In this document: positions 24,152 to 37,150 of the stretch, in pieces
How the letters are laid out: every line of letters starts with the position of its first letter
Numbering within the stretch: position 1 is the first letter of the stretch
Source: Octopus sinensis
Taxonomy: Eukaryota
DNA: 64,000 nucleotides
Assembly (NCBI RefSeq): GCF_006345805.1
Contig: NC_042997.1
Coordinates: 56,048,001 to 56,112,000, forward strand
Direction of reading: 5' to 3'
The notes under the pieces: model-generated
What the model was told of the DNA's origin: nothing
The model's input: only the letters and a program-made list of their open reading frames with translations
The model's database searches: none
Made by a program: the position numbers and the translations under genes

Positions 24152-25422
24152 TGGCAGGTACCAAATGGCTGGACATTTGAATTAAAGGTATGGTCCATCT
24201 GATGAGCCTCCACACAATTTCCATCTATCTAATATTACTCACAAGACTTGCTCAACATGTGATGCATTGGGACTGAACCTGATTTTTGTTATGGTTATAG
24301 AACAAAATTCTTGATCATTTGGTCATGCCTGCATCCACTTGTGTGTGTGTGTGTGTGTGCGTGTGTGTGTGTGTGTGTGTTCTGATTGATGTAGACTGAT
24401 GTGGAAAGTTGAGTTGCTTCATGTCAAAGTTTAACTTAGCAGTTCAATAAATAGAAATCAATAAAGTATTGGTGTCAATATGATTGACTAAAACTCTTGA
24501 AGGCCATGCCTCAGGCTAACTACATCCCAGTGACTGAAGTATCACTCTCAACAAAACAAACTAACTTCTTACTGCAGAAATCAGATACAGCTACTCAAAT
24601 GTTCATTACCCTCAAGTGCAGAAAGCAGTTTTATATACCAATCTCTCTTTTGTTGAGGAATGTCATGTGTTTGAAACTATTATTTTGTTGACATATGTGA
24701 ACTTTCTTGAGGCAACGTGACTTACAGAAAATACCAATTCTATTGTTTTGCTAGATGTTTAACATCATAACTGGAATAATCATGAAATCTAAATTCACAG
24801 TTAAAGAGTTCATTAGAAATTTGTTAGATACCACATTTCTCATTTAAAAGATTAGATTTTGGATAGAACTTCCTACTCTAGATCCATCCAGAAATATGTA
24901 AACTAGTATAAAAGATCAACTCTTCTCTGTTATGATAGAGCTAAACAGATTTAATTCCCTATGATGAATCTGAACACAATTCTTGCTGGCATTAATAATA
25001 TTTATAATTTCATTTAACCACAAGGAACAGAAATCCTGATATGACAGCTGCCACATTTTATTCTTAATTTTTTTCTTTCTACCAAATAATACTAGATACT
25101 TTGAATAAACCAATCAAAAATTTAATAAATTATCAATGAGTTGATAAATTAAATCTTCAATGGAAATTTCATAATAACATGATAACTACAAGATTTAAGT
25201 GCTATAGTCTCGTATATATATATATATATATATATAGATAGATAGATAGATCGATAGATAGATTAAATTTGTTTATGGGTAGCATTTTGAATATGCAAAT
25301 AAAGCTCCTGTTCTATAATGTCAGCCTCAGTCTAAAGATGCTGACTGGTGAACCAATATTTTGGGGTTGCATCGAGCTGTACCGATATAATGTAGGATAA
25401 ATATAATAATAATAACAATAAT

Positions 25423-25554
25423 CTTTGGATGGAATTTATAAACATTTAGTGCATTGCCATGCATGTTTCCACAAATCACGTGTCTTTTAAGAGGCACGTG
25501 ATTTGTGGAAATGTGTGTAGCGGTGCATTAAATGTTTAGAAATTCCATCCAAGG
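25423..25554 (+). other. Ungapped 132-nt palindrome/hairpin centred on TTAA
   Basis: 66 paired positions: 54 Watson-Crick, 10 G:U, 2 mismatches, no indels. Confidence 0.9.
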
Positions 25555-25574
25555 ATTGTTGTTGTCGTTGTTGT

Positions 25575-25975
25575 GTGTGTACAGGTGTGGCTGCATTGGT
25601 AAGAGCTGGCAGAAATGTTAGCACGCCAGGTGAAATGCGTAGCCATATTTCGTCTGCCATTACATTGTGAGTTCAAATTCTGCCAAGGTCGACTTTGCCT
25701 TTCATCCTTTCAGGGTCGATAAATTAAGTACCAGTTACGCCCTGGGGTCGATGTAATCGACTTAATACCTATGTCTGTCCTTGTTTGTCCCCTCTATGTT
25801 TAGCCCCTTGTGGGTAATAAAGAAATAGGTATGAAGCTAAGAAATCTTACTTTCCAACCATGTGGTCTTGGGTTCAGTTCCACTGTTCAGTACCTTGAGC
25901 AGGCATCTTCTACTATAGCCCCAGGCCAACCAAAGCCCTGTGAGTGGATTTGGTGAGCGGAAACTGAAAGAAATA
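25575..25975 (+). mobile_element. SINE family A head interrupted by a SINE family B copy (about 25604-25830)
   Basis: gtggctgcattggtaag|agctggcagaaatgttagcacgcc...gaaataggta|...taagaaatcttactttccaaccatg. Confidence 0.8.
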
Positions 25976-27052
25976 CCCACTCCCTCCTCCATATTATTGG
26001 CTGGGTTTTTTGTTTTCTTTTTTTGGAGTTATATCATTTCTTTTCCTTTCTCATTTGTTGTGCTGGTATCTCTGATGACTCTGAAAACCTGTCCTTGCAT
26101 GATGCATGTATTCCACATATGCTGGTAGACATGGTTGGGCCTGACCAACTTTCCAATTTTGCAGTTTATATTCTTCGTTTCTGTGATTATATTATTCAAA
26201 GAGTGCTGTAGCGCCAGAGCTTATACAATCTGATACTTGTTTTTCTCATGTTCTGGTGTTGATGTTGGTTTTCTTCATAGTCTGATTGAGTTGATCTTTG
26301 TAATGTCACAAGTATGTCATTTTTATTATGATAGCCATACCTCATAAGGAGGTTATATCAGATAAAATTTATATATCACAGATCAAAGAGCATCTATTCT
26401 CCTCATGTATGTTCTATCATTTTCCATCAAATGATTATAAATGTATGAAGAAGTAGTCATCACCTTTTCTTCACTTGCCTGGGACTTGATTTGGATTGCC
26501 GATTACATTTTCTAAGGCTTTGCAAGTATGAAGGACTATAAGAAGTAGCATTGCCTCTGCTGTGCTATTAACATAGCTTTGTCACCCATATACTAATTGA
26601 TGCTCTCGACCAAACATAATGGGTACTGTATCTTTCCAATCTTTAAAAAAATATTTTTTTAAAGTCTGTATATCAGTTAGGGTGCTAGTCAACCATCCTA
26701 ACTGTGGCTTGAAATTAACAGCTTTCGCTATTTATGAAAAGCAATACTGTTAATCTATATGCCATCGTTTGTTACTTATCAGTATCTGAGGAACATATCA
26801 ATGTCAGCCACTGTCCTTTGAATTAAATTATCATGTACTCATGCTTGTGTGCACAGACACACACATGCGCGCGCATACACTCATGCACATTCTTACACAG
26901 AACATATTTTGGCTTAAAAGTAGTCCTGTTAGTTGTCCTGGGTTTCAATTTTTATGGTTTACATTGTTAATATATTTCACACAAACCTCTATGTCAGCTC
27001 AGATTAAAATATCAGATGATACAATAGAAGCATCTTTATAATATAAATATTA

Positions 27053-27280
27053 CCGACACCACATACTTAACATCCATGTATTTTGTTTAAACACCAGGGA
27101 AAACTCCATTTAAAGGCATATAGTGTTAAAAAAAGGAATATACTTCAGAGCTAGGTGAAAGAAAATTGCCCCCAGAAACTCTGAAATATATTGTTTTTTA
27201 AAGGGACTTTTCTCAAACGATAAACCATAGCTCCAGGTGTTTAAATAACCTATGTACATAAAGTATGTGGTATCAGTGAT
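27053..27280. mobile_element. Small degenerate MITE with terminal inverted repeats of about 45 bp
   Basis: cgacaccacatactt...tttaaacacc versus ggtgtttaaa...aagtatgtggtatcag. Confidence 0.4.
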
Positions 27281-27294
27281 GTTTACGTCATCAA

Positions 27295-27518
27295 TACTCT
27301 TACTCTTTTACTTGTTTCAGCCATATGACTGTGGCCATGCTGGAGCACTGCCTTTAATCGAGCAAATCGACCCCAGGACTTATTCTTTGTAAGCTTAGTA
27401 CTTATTCTATCAGTCTCTTTTGCCCAAATTTTAAGTTATGGGGACGTAAACACACCAGCATAGGTTGTCAAGAGATGTTGGGGGGACAAACACAGATACA
27501 CAAACATATACACACACA

Positions 27519-27553
<35 letters not shown>

Positions 27554-27715
27554 GACGGGCTTCTTTCAGTTTCTGTCTGCCAAATCTACTCACAAGGCTT
27601 TGGTCAGCCCAAGGCTATAGTAGAAGACACTTGCCCAAGGTGCCACACAGTGGGACTGAACCCAGAACCTTGTGGTTTGTAAGCAAGCTACTTACCACAC
27701 AGCCACTCCTACGCA
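27295..27715 (-). mobile_element. Full-length SINE family A
   Basis: Reverse complement of the 23762 copy; tail tactcttttacttg. Confidence 0.9.
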
Positions 27716-27719
27716 TATG

Positions 27720-28345
27720 CTTTATATGAAATTGTTGCATTCAATCTGGTATACCACATGTATTCGCTGGCACATACCTGTATCGCAGATAGGGCAGTTA
27801 GTCAGTGAGCATTGATTGTTGTTGTCTTTGGATTGCTTTTTAGGCAGGTATCCACACAGAGAAGGACCAAAGTGTGCTAACTGTATGTCTGGTCTTTCTT
27901 TGTAGATAGCTTTGCAGATAGCTGTGGTTATGCTTTCGCTGAAATGTGGTAATTTCATAAAGCAGGTGTTAGAGGATGTCTTATGCCTGCAGCACCTTTG
28001 ATTCTTAAGTCTTTTCATTATGGATGTTGACTATCCATTCATCTTCAGTACATCTATGAAATTCATTTGGTAGAATACATGGTTCCAGGTTATATTCCCC
28101 GATGTGACACACTAGGTAAGTGTCCTCTATAAGATCTGTAGGCTGACCAAAGTGCTTTGTGAAGGGAATGTGGTTAACAAAAACTGTTCAGAAGCCAATC
28201 GCATGTGTATGTGTTTGTATGTATGTGTATGTATCTTGTACCATTGAAAAGAGGGCAGCGTTGAGTCAAAATGATAACTTAGCCTGTTAGTAAAATGCTT
28301 AATAAGCTGAAACCAGTAAAAGAGTATGCACAAAGACAGCATCAA
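27720..28345 (-). mobile_element. Penelope-like element remnant (RT thumb, linker, start of GIY-YIG)
   Basis: HFTNRLSYHFDSTLP, FIDVLKMNG*, MKLPHFSE and CSLTNCPIC...HVVYQIECNN occur in the expected PLE order. Confidence 0.7.
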
Positions 28346-28769
28346 AATCTTGAAGCTATAAGATAATCCATGATTAACTTAAATCAATATGAATAAATTA
28401 AGCATTACATTTAACAGACTAATCTGGATGTTAAAGGTTTAATTGAATTAACTTTGAATATAAGTTTATTTCATAAGGTACTAAAATTGCCATTACACAA
28501 CTGTGTCCTGGTTGCACATGCAGTCTCACTTTAATTGCTGCTGTGTAAGTGTGTTAGTGACCACCAGCTTTGTGTACTATTAAATACCTCTTCCATGACA
28601 TTGTTACTTCAATTTCAACAAGCAAATTTGAGATAAGTACACCTCTAAAATTTTCCAACACTTATACATTATATAGTACACACAATGCATTTTATTTCAA
28701 ACATTATATTTATTCCAACACTATATTTTATGTAGTACCCAATTTACATACTCGTTTCTAATATTATCA

Positions 28770-28975
28770 TCAACATCATCATTTAAATGTCCACTTTGCT
28801 ACACTTGCATCTGTTGGACAGAATTTGGGGCAGATTTTTCTGTAACCAGATGCCCTGTCTATCACCAACTCTTATCTGTTTTCAAGCAAGGTAATATTTT
28901 TCCATGGTCAGAATATTGGAGAAGAATGATTTTCATTTGCAACAATCACAAACTGTCACAATAAGAAGACACAAA
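28770..28975 (-). mobile_element. Retroposon family D
   Basis: catcatcatttaaatgtccactttg...atcaccaactcttatctgttttcaagcaaggtaatat. Confidence 0.7.
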
Positions 28976-29061
28976 CATACACACACTCACATTATATATA
29001 TGTGTATATATATATATATGTGTGTGTGTGTGCATGCCTGCACACACACACACCCAGCAGA

Positions 29062-29212
29062 CTTGGCTTCTTTTAAGTTTTTCCCCAATAGGCTTTGGTC
29101 GGCCTGGGGCTGTAGTAGACGACACTGGCCCAAGGTGCCAGGCAGTGGGACTGAACTTAAAACCATATGGTTTGGAAGCAAACTTCTCAACTTCACAGCT
29201 ATGTCTGCACCT
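29062..29212 (-). mobile_element. SINE family A head
   Basis: ggctttggtcggcctggggctgtagtagacgacac...gggactgaac. Confidence 0.8.
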
Positions 29213-29289
29213 AAGTCTCATGTACAAATTAAAAAGAGAACTAACAGATTAACATGCAATGACAAAGCTCTCAGTACCATCTATGGAGT

Positions 29290-29780
29290 GGTTGATCTTG
29301 ATATGTATGTAGAAAGTTGATACTGTATAGTCAGTGGAAGCAATGAGAGCACAAAATATTTAGAGGGTTCTTTGGCAAGGTAATAGGAAGAAACCAGGAC
29401 TTCAAGTGTGTCAGATGTACTTGTGAAGTAAACTCCAATGAAATCAAGCACATGAACTGCTGAGGCTGCTTCCTAGAAGTAAAAGATAACTTCTGTTACC
29501 TGTATGATTTAGTCAGTGCTAGAAGTAGTTGTAGTGAAAATTAATGGAAAGGAAAGCATTTGAGAGAACTGTTACCTCTGTTGACAATAAATTTTTCTTG
29601 CTAATAAGAAAATCAGGCTGAATAAAGTATATGTGAGGAAAGTGGTGCAGCATATGTGAAGAGAAATGAAGTATGAGCTTTGGAGAAGGAAAATCTGTGG
29701 AGAATGTGGAGAAATGAGTAAAGTATCATCTGTAGGAGTTCGCAATGTATTGTCGTACACACTCATTGAACATAGGCTAG
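29290..29780 (+). mobile_element. RTE LINE remnant
   Basis: LEVKDNFCYLYDLVS and RELLPLLT motifs, frameshifted. Confidence 0.65.
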
Positions 29781-30004
29781 CATAAATTGAAAATATTAAA
29801 ACTATGATGATGGTGATGGTGATGCCTGTATGTTTAAACTGCCAAAATAACTTAAATACAATACAATTATTTAGTTTCAGTACTTAATGTTAGTTCTAAT
29901 CTCTCTCAAACATGACAAAGAAATATACATATATCATTCAGCATCAACACTACATGACTATGGGAAGTATTTGTGCATTGAATATTCTCCTGAAAACCAC
30001 ATTC

Positions 30005-30220
30005 TGATATATATATGTGTGTGTGTGTGTGTGTGTATAATATAATATATATAATATATATACTATATATATAAATATATATATAATATATATATAAATA
30101 TATATATAATATATATATAAATATATATAATATAATATAATATATATAATATATATATAATATATATAAACATATATATATATATATGTAAATATATACA
30201 CACACACACACACACACACA
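30005..30220. repeat. (TG)n-[AT-only]-(CA)n block
   Basis: Direct reading. Confidence 0.95.
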
Positions 30221-31921
30221 ATATCAGGAAAATATATTCAAAGACTAGATATTGAACTACGCCTTACCCCCATCCTACTGAGAGAGCACATCTATCTTCC
30301 TGGTTCTGTTGCTTTTGCAAAGGCCACTATCACAAATCTTTGTCATATTTGCTCTCAGTTTTTGATTCTCTCTTTGTGTGTGTGTGTTGGTGTGTGATAA
30401 AAAGTAATTTAAATAAGAGGTATGGGGAGAACTTTTATAAAATTGTATGTACAACCTAAAAATTTATAGTGAATCAAAGATACACATACACACACACATA
30501 TTAACATTAGAATTTTCTTTTTTTAAAAATTTGTTTTATAATTTGAAAAACAAATCTTAAAGCTACAAACTGACATCTTTAGTCTTTTTTTTTTCTTTTA
30601 ATTTCTTGACAGTTTTTTTTTTGTAAGAGTAAGTTTTTAAAAATACTTTTCTTCCTCTGTTTTGGTTTGCTCATACTTTTATTTTATTTTCCTAAATAAG
30701 ACATCAATATGATAGCTTTGACATTTATCTAAGATGTGTGAAAGGTTTAGTTTGTTTTTTAAACAGGTTTACTCACAAGAAAAAGTACTCTTCTCTGATT
30801 TTTTTTCTCTTAAGTTAACTTATCTAATTTAAACCAAAAACCTTATGAGATGTCAGCAGCACTTCTTGACATTTACAGAAAAGTCTTCACATTGTTATTC
30901 TGTTTTTTTTATCTACAATTATTTTTTCTTAGTTGTCTCTCTGCTGTTGTTTTAATGCAGCATGTTATATTTTACATTTGTAAACAAAAGTGCTGTATAG
31001 GAGTCCATTTTCTCTTTCTCATTGTAAAATTTTTTTTAAGTTTCTTTTCTTACTGACAACTTACATCATTCATTCATTCATTCATTCCAATTTTTTTACC
31101 TGCTACACATTTGTCTTTGTATTTATTACTTCATTTTCTTTTTTTGATATTTCATTTTCACAATAATATTTTCTTCTTTTTAAATACTATTCTATTTAAA
31201 CATATCTATATTATCCAAGATCCCAACTTAAATGAATTCAGGTGGCGAGTAAGCCTGAAGAAATAATTAAGGATAAAATAATAATTGAATTGTTCCAGTA
31301 TTTATCTGTAGTGTAATAAAGTGCAACAAATTACTCTTTTAATTGAATATCTCAACATTGCCAATTTGGTCAAATAATGATAATTCCATTTCCATTTAGT
31401 GCTGACATTTCACTCCAGTCATCTAATTTGTTTGCTGTCTGTTAGTGATATGTAACTCTTGATAGATTATTGATTCAATGAGTTTAGTATAAAATTGTTC
31501 TCATTAACTATCTAATATATGACTGTAGAAATGAAAATGACAGAACTAAATAGAAAAAAATTAAAATATTAACATATCAAACATCTTTTCATCCAAAAAT
31601 CAACTGCCTGTTTATACAGATGACTTCTTAAAAGAGTTTGGCTACAAACTTAATCAAACAGTAGAGTGAAAATGGGAAGTTGTGACATGTATATTTTACT
31701 CAACAATATTAGAAGTATGATGTGAAATACTAGCAAGAAGTAAAACCAGTCATAACCTTCCCTTGCCAAGAAATTTATGCAACTTACAATATACAATTTA
31801 TGTTTGTGCTGGAATAATATATTCAAAACTATGAAGAATTGATTAAATTTCTAAAGTTCTTGAAGAATGATTATCTTCAATATACTTTCCTTAGTAAAAC
31901 ATTTTCTGTTTCTGCTTTTAG

Positions 31922-31987
31922 GAAACCCTTATGGAGAGGAAATTGACGATGAGGAAACACAGAACTCTGAATTGCTTGGAAGTTCAG
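31922..31987 (+). CDS. Candidate 66-nt exon (GNPYGEEIDDEETQNSELLGSS or ETLMERKLTMRKHRTLNCLEVQ)
   Basis: Very strong acceptor acattttctgtttctgcttttag, CAG|gttagc donor, GC-richer than flanks, no repeat similarity noticed. Confidence 0.5.
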
Positions 31988-32942
31988 GTTAGCTAATATT
32001 ATTTTTCATTGTATGTGGTCTTGTTTGTTTGGAGTTTTTTTTCTGTTTATTTGAACAAACTCTACAGAATCAATATTAACCAAAGCACAGATTCTTATTA
32101 ACTCAGTTCCATAAATGACATGCATGAAACCAGAGTATATATACAGTAAAATAACTATGCAGAATACCATAATGAAAGATGATTTACACGGAGAATACCA
32201 AAAGCATCACTATCTTATAATAGAATAATGTTGTGAACAAAAATACAAGATATACTAATATAATTTAGTGAAGAAAATTTTTTTAATTTACTATATTTTC
32301 ATAAATGAAATGTTATGTTTATTTATTACAATATCAGCTTTGATAATTAATTCAATCAATTAGTTATTATAATTATATAGCAAAACTTGTTGCTTTGCAT
32401 AAGTATGGTGATTCTCCTTTGGCAAAAAATGATATGTCAAATAGTTGATATATTAATAAGAACTATCATGAAGGAAACTAAAGTATTGTGAGTTTTTTAG
32501 AAGCTTTTATATGACTAATGGCCTTTTAGACTGGTGTATGACCTCTGAGGCTGATACATGGCCTTTAAGACCGTAGGAATAAAGGGAAAAAATATGATTC
32601 CTGGCTTATCCTTAAAATGGAGATCTAGTCCAAATGCTTTCAACAAGAGTGGACTTCACTAAAGGCACCCAAAAGTTTGGAGGTGTTGATAAATTAACAG
32701 ATTAAGTTTACCACCACAAAATAGATCCAGTCTGATCAACATGCTTCTGTCTATTTAATTTTACTCAGAAGGCTTGGGTTAAGCTAAGACTACGATAGAA
32801 GAAACATGTCCATGATGTTAAATAGTGGGATCAGATGGAAACCATATGATTCTGAAACATCTTATTCCATAGCCATGTCTGTGTCACGTCACACAAAAGA
32901 ATACAAAACATAAACTTATGAAGACAAACATTTTGAGGATAT

Positions 32943-33250
32943 GTCATCATCATCATCATCATTTAACGTCCATTTTCCATGCTAGCATGGGTTGGACGGT
33001 TCGACCGGGGTCTGGGAAGCCAGAGACTGCACCAGGCTCCAGTCTGATCTGGCAGTGGTTCTACAGCTGGATGCCCTTCAGTGGGTGCTTTTTACGTGCC
33101 ACCAGCACAGGTGCCAGGGGAGGCTGGCAATGGCCACGATCGGTTGGTGCTTTTTACATGCCACCAGCACGGAAGCCAGTCAAGGCAGCGCTGGCATCGG
33201 CCACATTCAGATGGTGCTTTTTACGTGCCACTGGCACAGGTATTACAACT
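32943..33250 (-). mobile_element. Retroposon family C
   Basis: catcatcatttaacgtccattttccatgctagcatggg start and ttttacgtgccac units. Confidence 0.85.
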
Positions 33251-33989
33251 ACAATTTCCAAGTAATCTTTGTTAATATTTCATTTTATTTTGTTTCTGCT
33301 AAATATATAACCCAAGTAATAATAGCACAAAGCCACAAACTTTGGTTGAAAATAAATAGTTAAATTAATTGCAAAATAAACTTCTTAAGCACTTGGCTAT
33401 GCCTGATAATTATTCTTGGAATATTTGAATACAGTTTGCTATCCTTTATTTATGGCAAAAGTTATTTTATTCTTCGTAGTTTAATTTAGTGGTTGTCAAT
33501 CTCATGGACCAAATCAAAAAGATAGAGTAGTATTTTTTTTTTTTATTGTTGTGACTTGAAACATATCAATGTTCTATATTTCTACAAAAATGTGAGATAC
33601 CGTCACTTTGTAAAAAGTGAAAGTTTCTCCAGGTATGATGATATTTTAAGATGTAAACGTTTACACATTACTAAATTGAATGGAACACAGAGATTAATAA
33701 CATCTCGTACACTGTTGCAAAATAGCTTTACATAAAATGTTATAGTTTGGTATTTGTAAACTTCAATGCTAATTGTCTGAACTTTAGAATAATGGGTAAA
33801 ATTATAATCACAGTTGATCTTCGACTACAGCATTATAGTATAGTATATACTTGTTTTGTACTCATGTGATGAATAACTAGAAATTGAAGAGATTTTATGA
33901 AAATGGTGAAAGTTTTTCTTTTTTTTTAAGCTTTGTATTTGTATTTTATCCCCCACTGCATACATACACACATACACACTACAACAACA

Positions 33990-35570
33990 AACAGCTTTCC
34001 TAATAAAGCAGAGGTTAGCCTAGCAAGACCTTTGTCTCCCCATTTTCTCCTATTGTCTACATGCCCCCTCATCAACTCCCTTGCTCTCATTTCCTCTTCC
34101 ATCACCTTTAGCCCTATCTTTTTCAGTCTTCCTCTACTTCCTATCACATCTGTTTTCATCACTCCTCTCACCCAGTCACATTCATCCTTCCTCAGCATGT
34201 GACCCAGTCATCTCATCCCATTTCTTTCCACAACATACAACACTGGCTCTATTCCCATCTTCCTCTCCTAGGGTCACTGTTCATCCACCATACCATTCTC
34301 ATTTCCTTCTTTCCAGCCTTCTCTGCTACTCCATATTTATTATCTATCTCTCATAAATTCTCTCACTTCTCACACATGCAGCATACACCTTTTCCTTCAG
34401 TTTCAGTGACATTCTCTTCCTCATTAGTATGTCATTCAGTTCCCAGAACTTCTATGTGCATCTCACTCTAGCAATTGTCACTGAGTCTGATCCATCTCTT
34501 CTATTCACCATGTCTCCTAGGTAACAAAATGTTTTCACACCTCCCATTTTCATGTCATTTACAACATCCAACTTAACATTTCCTCCATCTGCATCTCCCT
34601 CCATACATACCATTCACTTAAATGTAGCTTCCACATTTGTTAATAACAACTACATTTTCAAAGAACTCACCCAGTGCATATTGTGCATATGGAATTTGCT
34701 CCAGCATTTTTCCTGTGCATTGCATGCAGCCACTTCTCAGTTCATTCCACCTCATCATATATTTTCTCACTTGCCATCACCTTCATCTTTTCAATTTATG
34801 CCTTCATACCTTTTGTTGCTATACATTTCTTCTACTTATTCATCTTCTTCAGTCTGTCTGTGCTCTCTTGCAATTAGCACCAAATTGACTGTGTACATCA
34901 ACTTCCATGATAAACTCTCTTTAATGAGTCCAGCTAGCACCTCCATCACAACTACAAATAAGGGAGCTTAACATTTATCTCTGATGCACTCAACCTTCAC
35001 TGCAAACTCATCGCTATTCCTGTCCTTCATCTTTACAACTATGTATGTTGTCATATATTGACATCACTATTCTAAACAACCATTTCCACCACTCTTAACT
35101 CTGTTAATATCCATGTCATCAAATGTGGAATCCAGTTGAAAGCCTTCTTTGCATTGGCAAACCCCCAAACAACTTCTCTCTCTTTGTCCCTGCATTTATA
35201 AAATAAAAATTATATCAGTCATTCTTCTTCCTGTCATAAATCCAAACTGCACTTCATCAATCTTCACCTTCTTCTTTATCCCCTTCTCTACCACTTTTTC
35301 CAATAGCTTCATTATTCTACACTTCAATGACTTAGTTATTCTATTCAAGCTGCAGTCTAATGAGAATACTCAACTTCCTATCCACTGGAATATGGTCTTC
35401 TTTCTCCATCAACCTACAAACCTGTCATTTGCTTCATATACCAACTTTTTGCTTTAGAATATCGCCTGTGACTCCTGTCAGCCCTCTTTTTCCACTCTTA
35501 ATTCTCAGTGCTTTCTTATCTTCTTTCCCAGTTATTTCCTCTGCTGGTCCTAGAATTAAATTACTTTCTA
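33990..35570 (-). mobile_element. RTE LINE remnant (RT domain to C-terminus)
   Basis: SDEFAVKV...PLFVVVMEVL...LSWKLMYTVNLVLIA (decayed YADD region) and MLRKDECDWVRGVM...GSRGR C-terminal motif. Confidence 0.75.
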
Positions 35571-35639
35571 TGTAACCATCAGATCCATTCTCCACATTCA
35601 ACAACCTCACCATATATTTCTTCTACCTTCCTTTAATTC

Positions 35640-36025
35640 CATCGAGCACTAAGAGCACCATCCGAGTGTGATCGTTGCCAGAGCGGCTAATTGGCATCCA
35701 TGCCGGTGGCACATAAAAAGCACCATTCAAGCATGATTGTTACCAGCGACGCCTTACTGGCACGTGTGCAGGTGGCACGTAAAAAAAAAAAAACACCATT
35801 TGGACGTGGTCGTTGCCAGTACCGCCTGACTAGCCCTTGTGCCGGTGGCACGTAAAAGCACCAACTACACTCTCAGAGTGGTTGGCGTTATGAAGAGCAT
35901 CCAGCAGTAGAAACTCTGCCAGATCAAGATTGGAGGCTGGTGCAGCCATCTGGTTCGCCAGTCCTCAGTCAAATAGTCCAACCTATGCTAGCATGGAAAG
36001 CAAACATTAAACGATGAATGATGAT
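35640..36025 (+). mobile_element. Retroposon family C
   Basis: Three gtggcac(a/g)taaaaa units and the ctagcatggaaagc...aaacgatga end. Confidence 0.85.
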
Positions 36026-36831
36026 CCATGACAATTTGTTTTACTTCATCTTTCAAGTAGCTCACCCCTATTACATTACCGTCACATCTCTCTTTAACTA
36101 ACTGCTTTGCAATCTTAAATGACTCTTTCTGACTCTCCTGTGAATCTATACATTTAGAGGAACATCAGAGGATGGTGATGAAGATTGCAAAGTAGTTGGA
36201 TATCAAACAAATTGATAAAGTATATATCCTTCCTTCATTGGGCCCCTCAACTCTTGATGGAGTCACAGGAGTGTAATTGTGACATACAGTATGTTTTAGG
36301 CATTTAAACTTGGCAGACACCATCCCTGTTCAAATTTAAACATAGCTGATATCTTCCAGAAAGAAAAAAGGTGGGGAAAAGGAGGGAGAAAAATCAACCC
36401 CAATACTGGGCTGATATTTTATTTATTGACCCTGAAATAATGAAAGGCAAAGTTGAACTCAGTTTATAGAGAGCCAGAAGAAACAACACGAGGCATTCTT
36501 TTTGATATTGAAATGACTCTACTAACTTGCCATCGTTAGATGAAAAACTAGTAGAGTATATTTGTATGTAACATAAACCCTTTAACAGATTTCTGAGCTA
36601 CTTTCAGGGTTTGCACTAACTGTTACATTCTCCATATTGTATTGCCTTTTCTAAGTTTGTCTTGCTGTTTTCCTTGTGCACGCACGTGTGTGTGTGTGTT
36701 CATAACTCAATACAGCATTTGAATATCATGATTTAGTGTCATCACTTTTAGTTTCATTTTTTTTTAAAGTTACATTGAAAAGCATTGCTATACTTTCAAA
36801 ATTTTACTTTGGTATTGATATTCATTTCCAG

Positions 36832-36900
36832 ATATCTGCTTCAAAGTTCTTGAATTCTTTAATCTGTGGTGGACAGCATCAACTGTTAATACATTAAATA
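36832..36900 (+). CDS. Candidate 69-nt exon ICFKVLEFFNLWWTASTVNTLN
   Basis: attcatttccag acceptor, ATA|gtgaga donor, phase 1-1, compatible with one frame of the 31922 exon. Confidence 0.3.
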
Positions 36901-36984
36901 GTGAGATTACCTGATTGTTCTTGTAAAATACACCTTCCAGCATATTCTTTTGATGACATCTACCACTTGGCCATTATATATTGG

Positions 36985-37150
36985 TCTCAAATCTTAGCAC
37001 ACAACCAGCAGTTTTGGGGGAGGGGACAAATTGATTAAATCAACCCCAGTGCTCAACTGGTATTTATTTTATCAATTCCAAAAGGATGAAAGGCAAAGCC
37101 AACTTTGGCAGAATTAGAACTCAGGAGATAGAGAACTTAGACACTTTTTA
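36985..37150 (-). mobile_element. SINE family B
   Basis: caaccccagtgctcaactggta...aaggatgaaaggcaaag. Confidence 0.7.
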
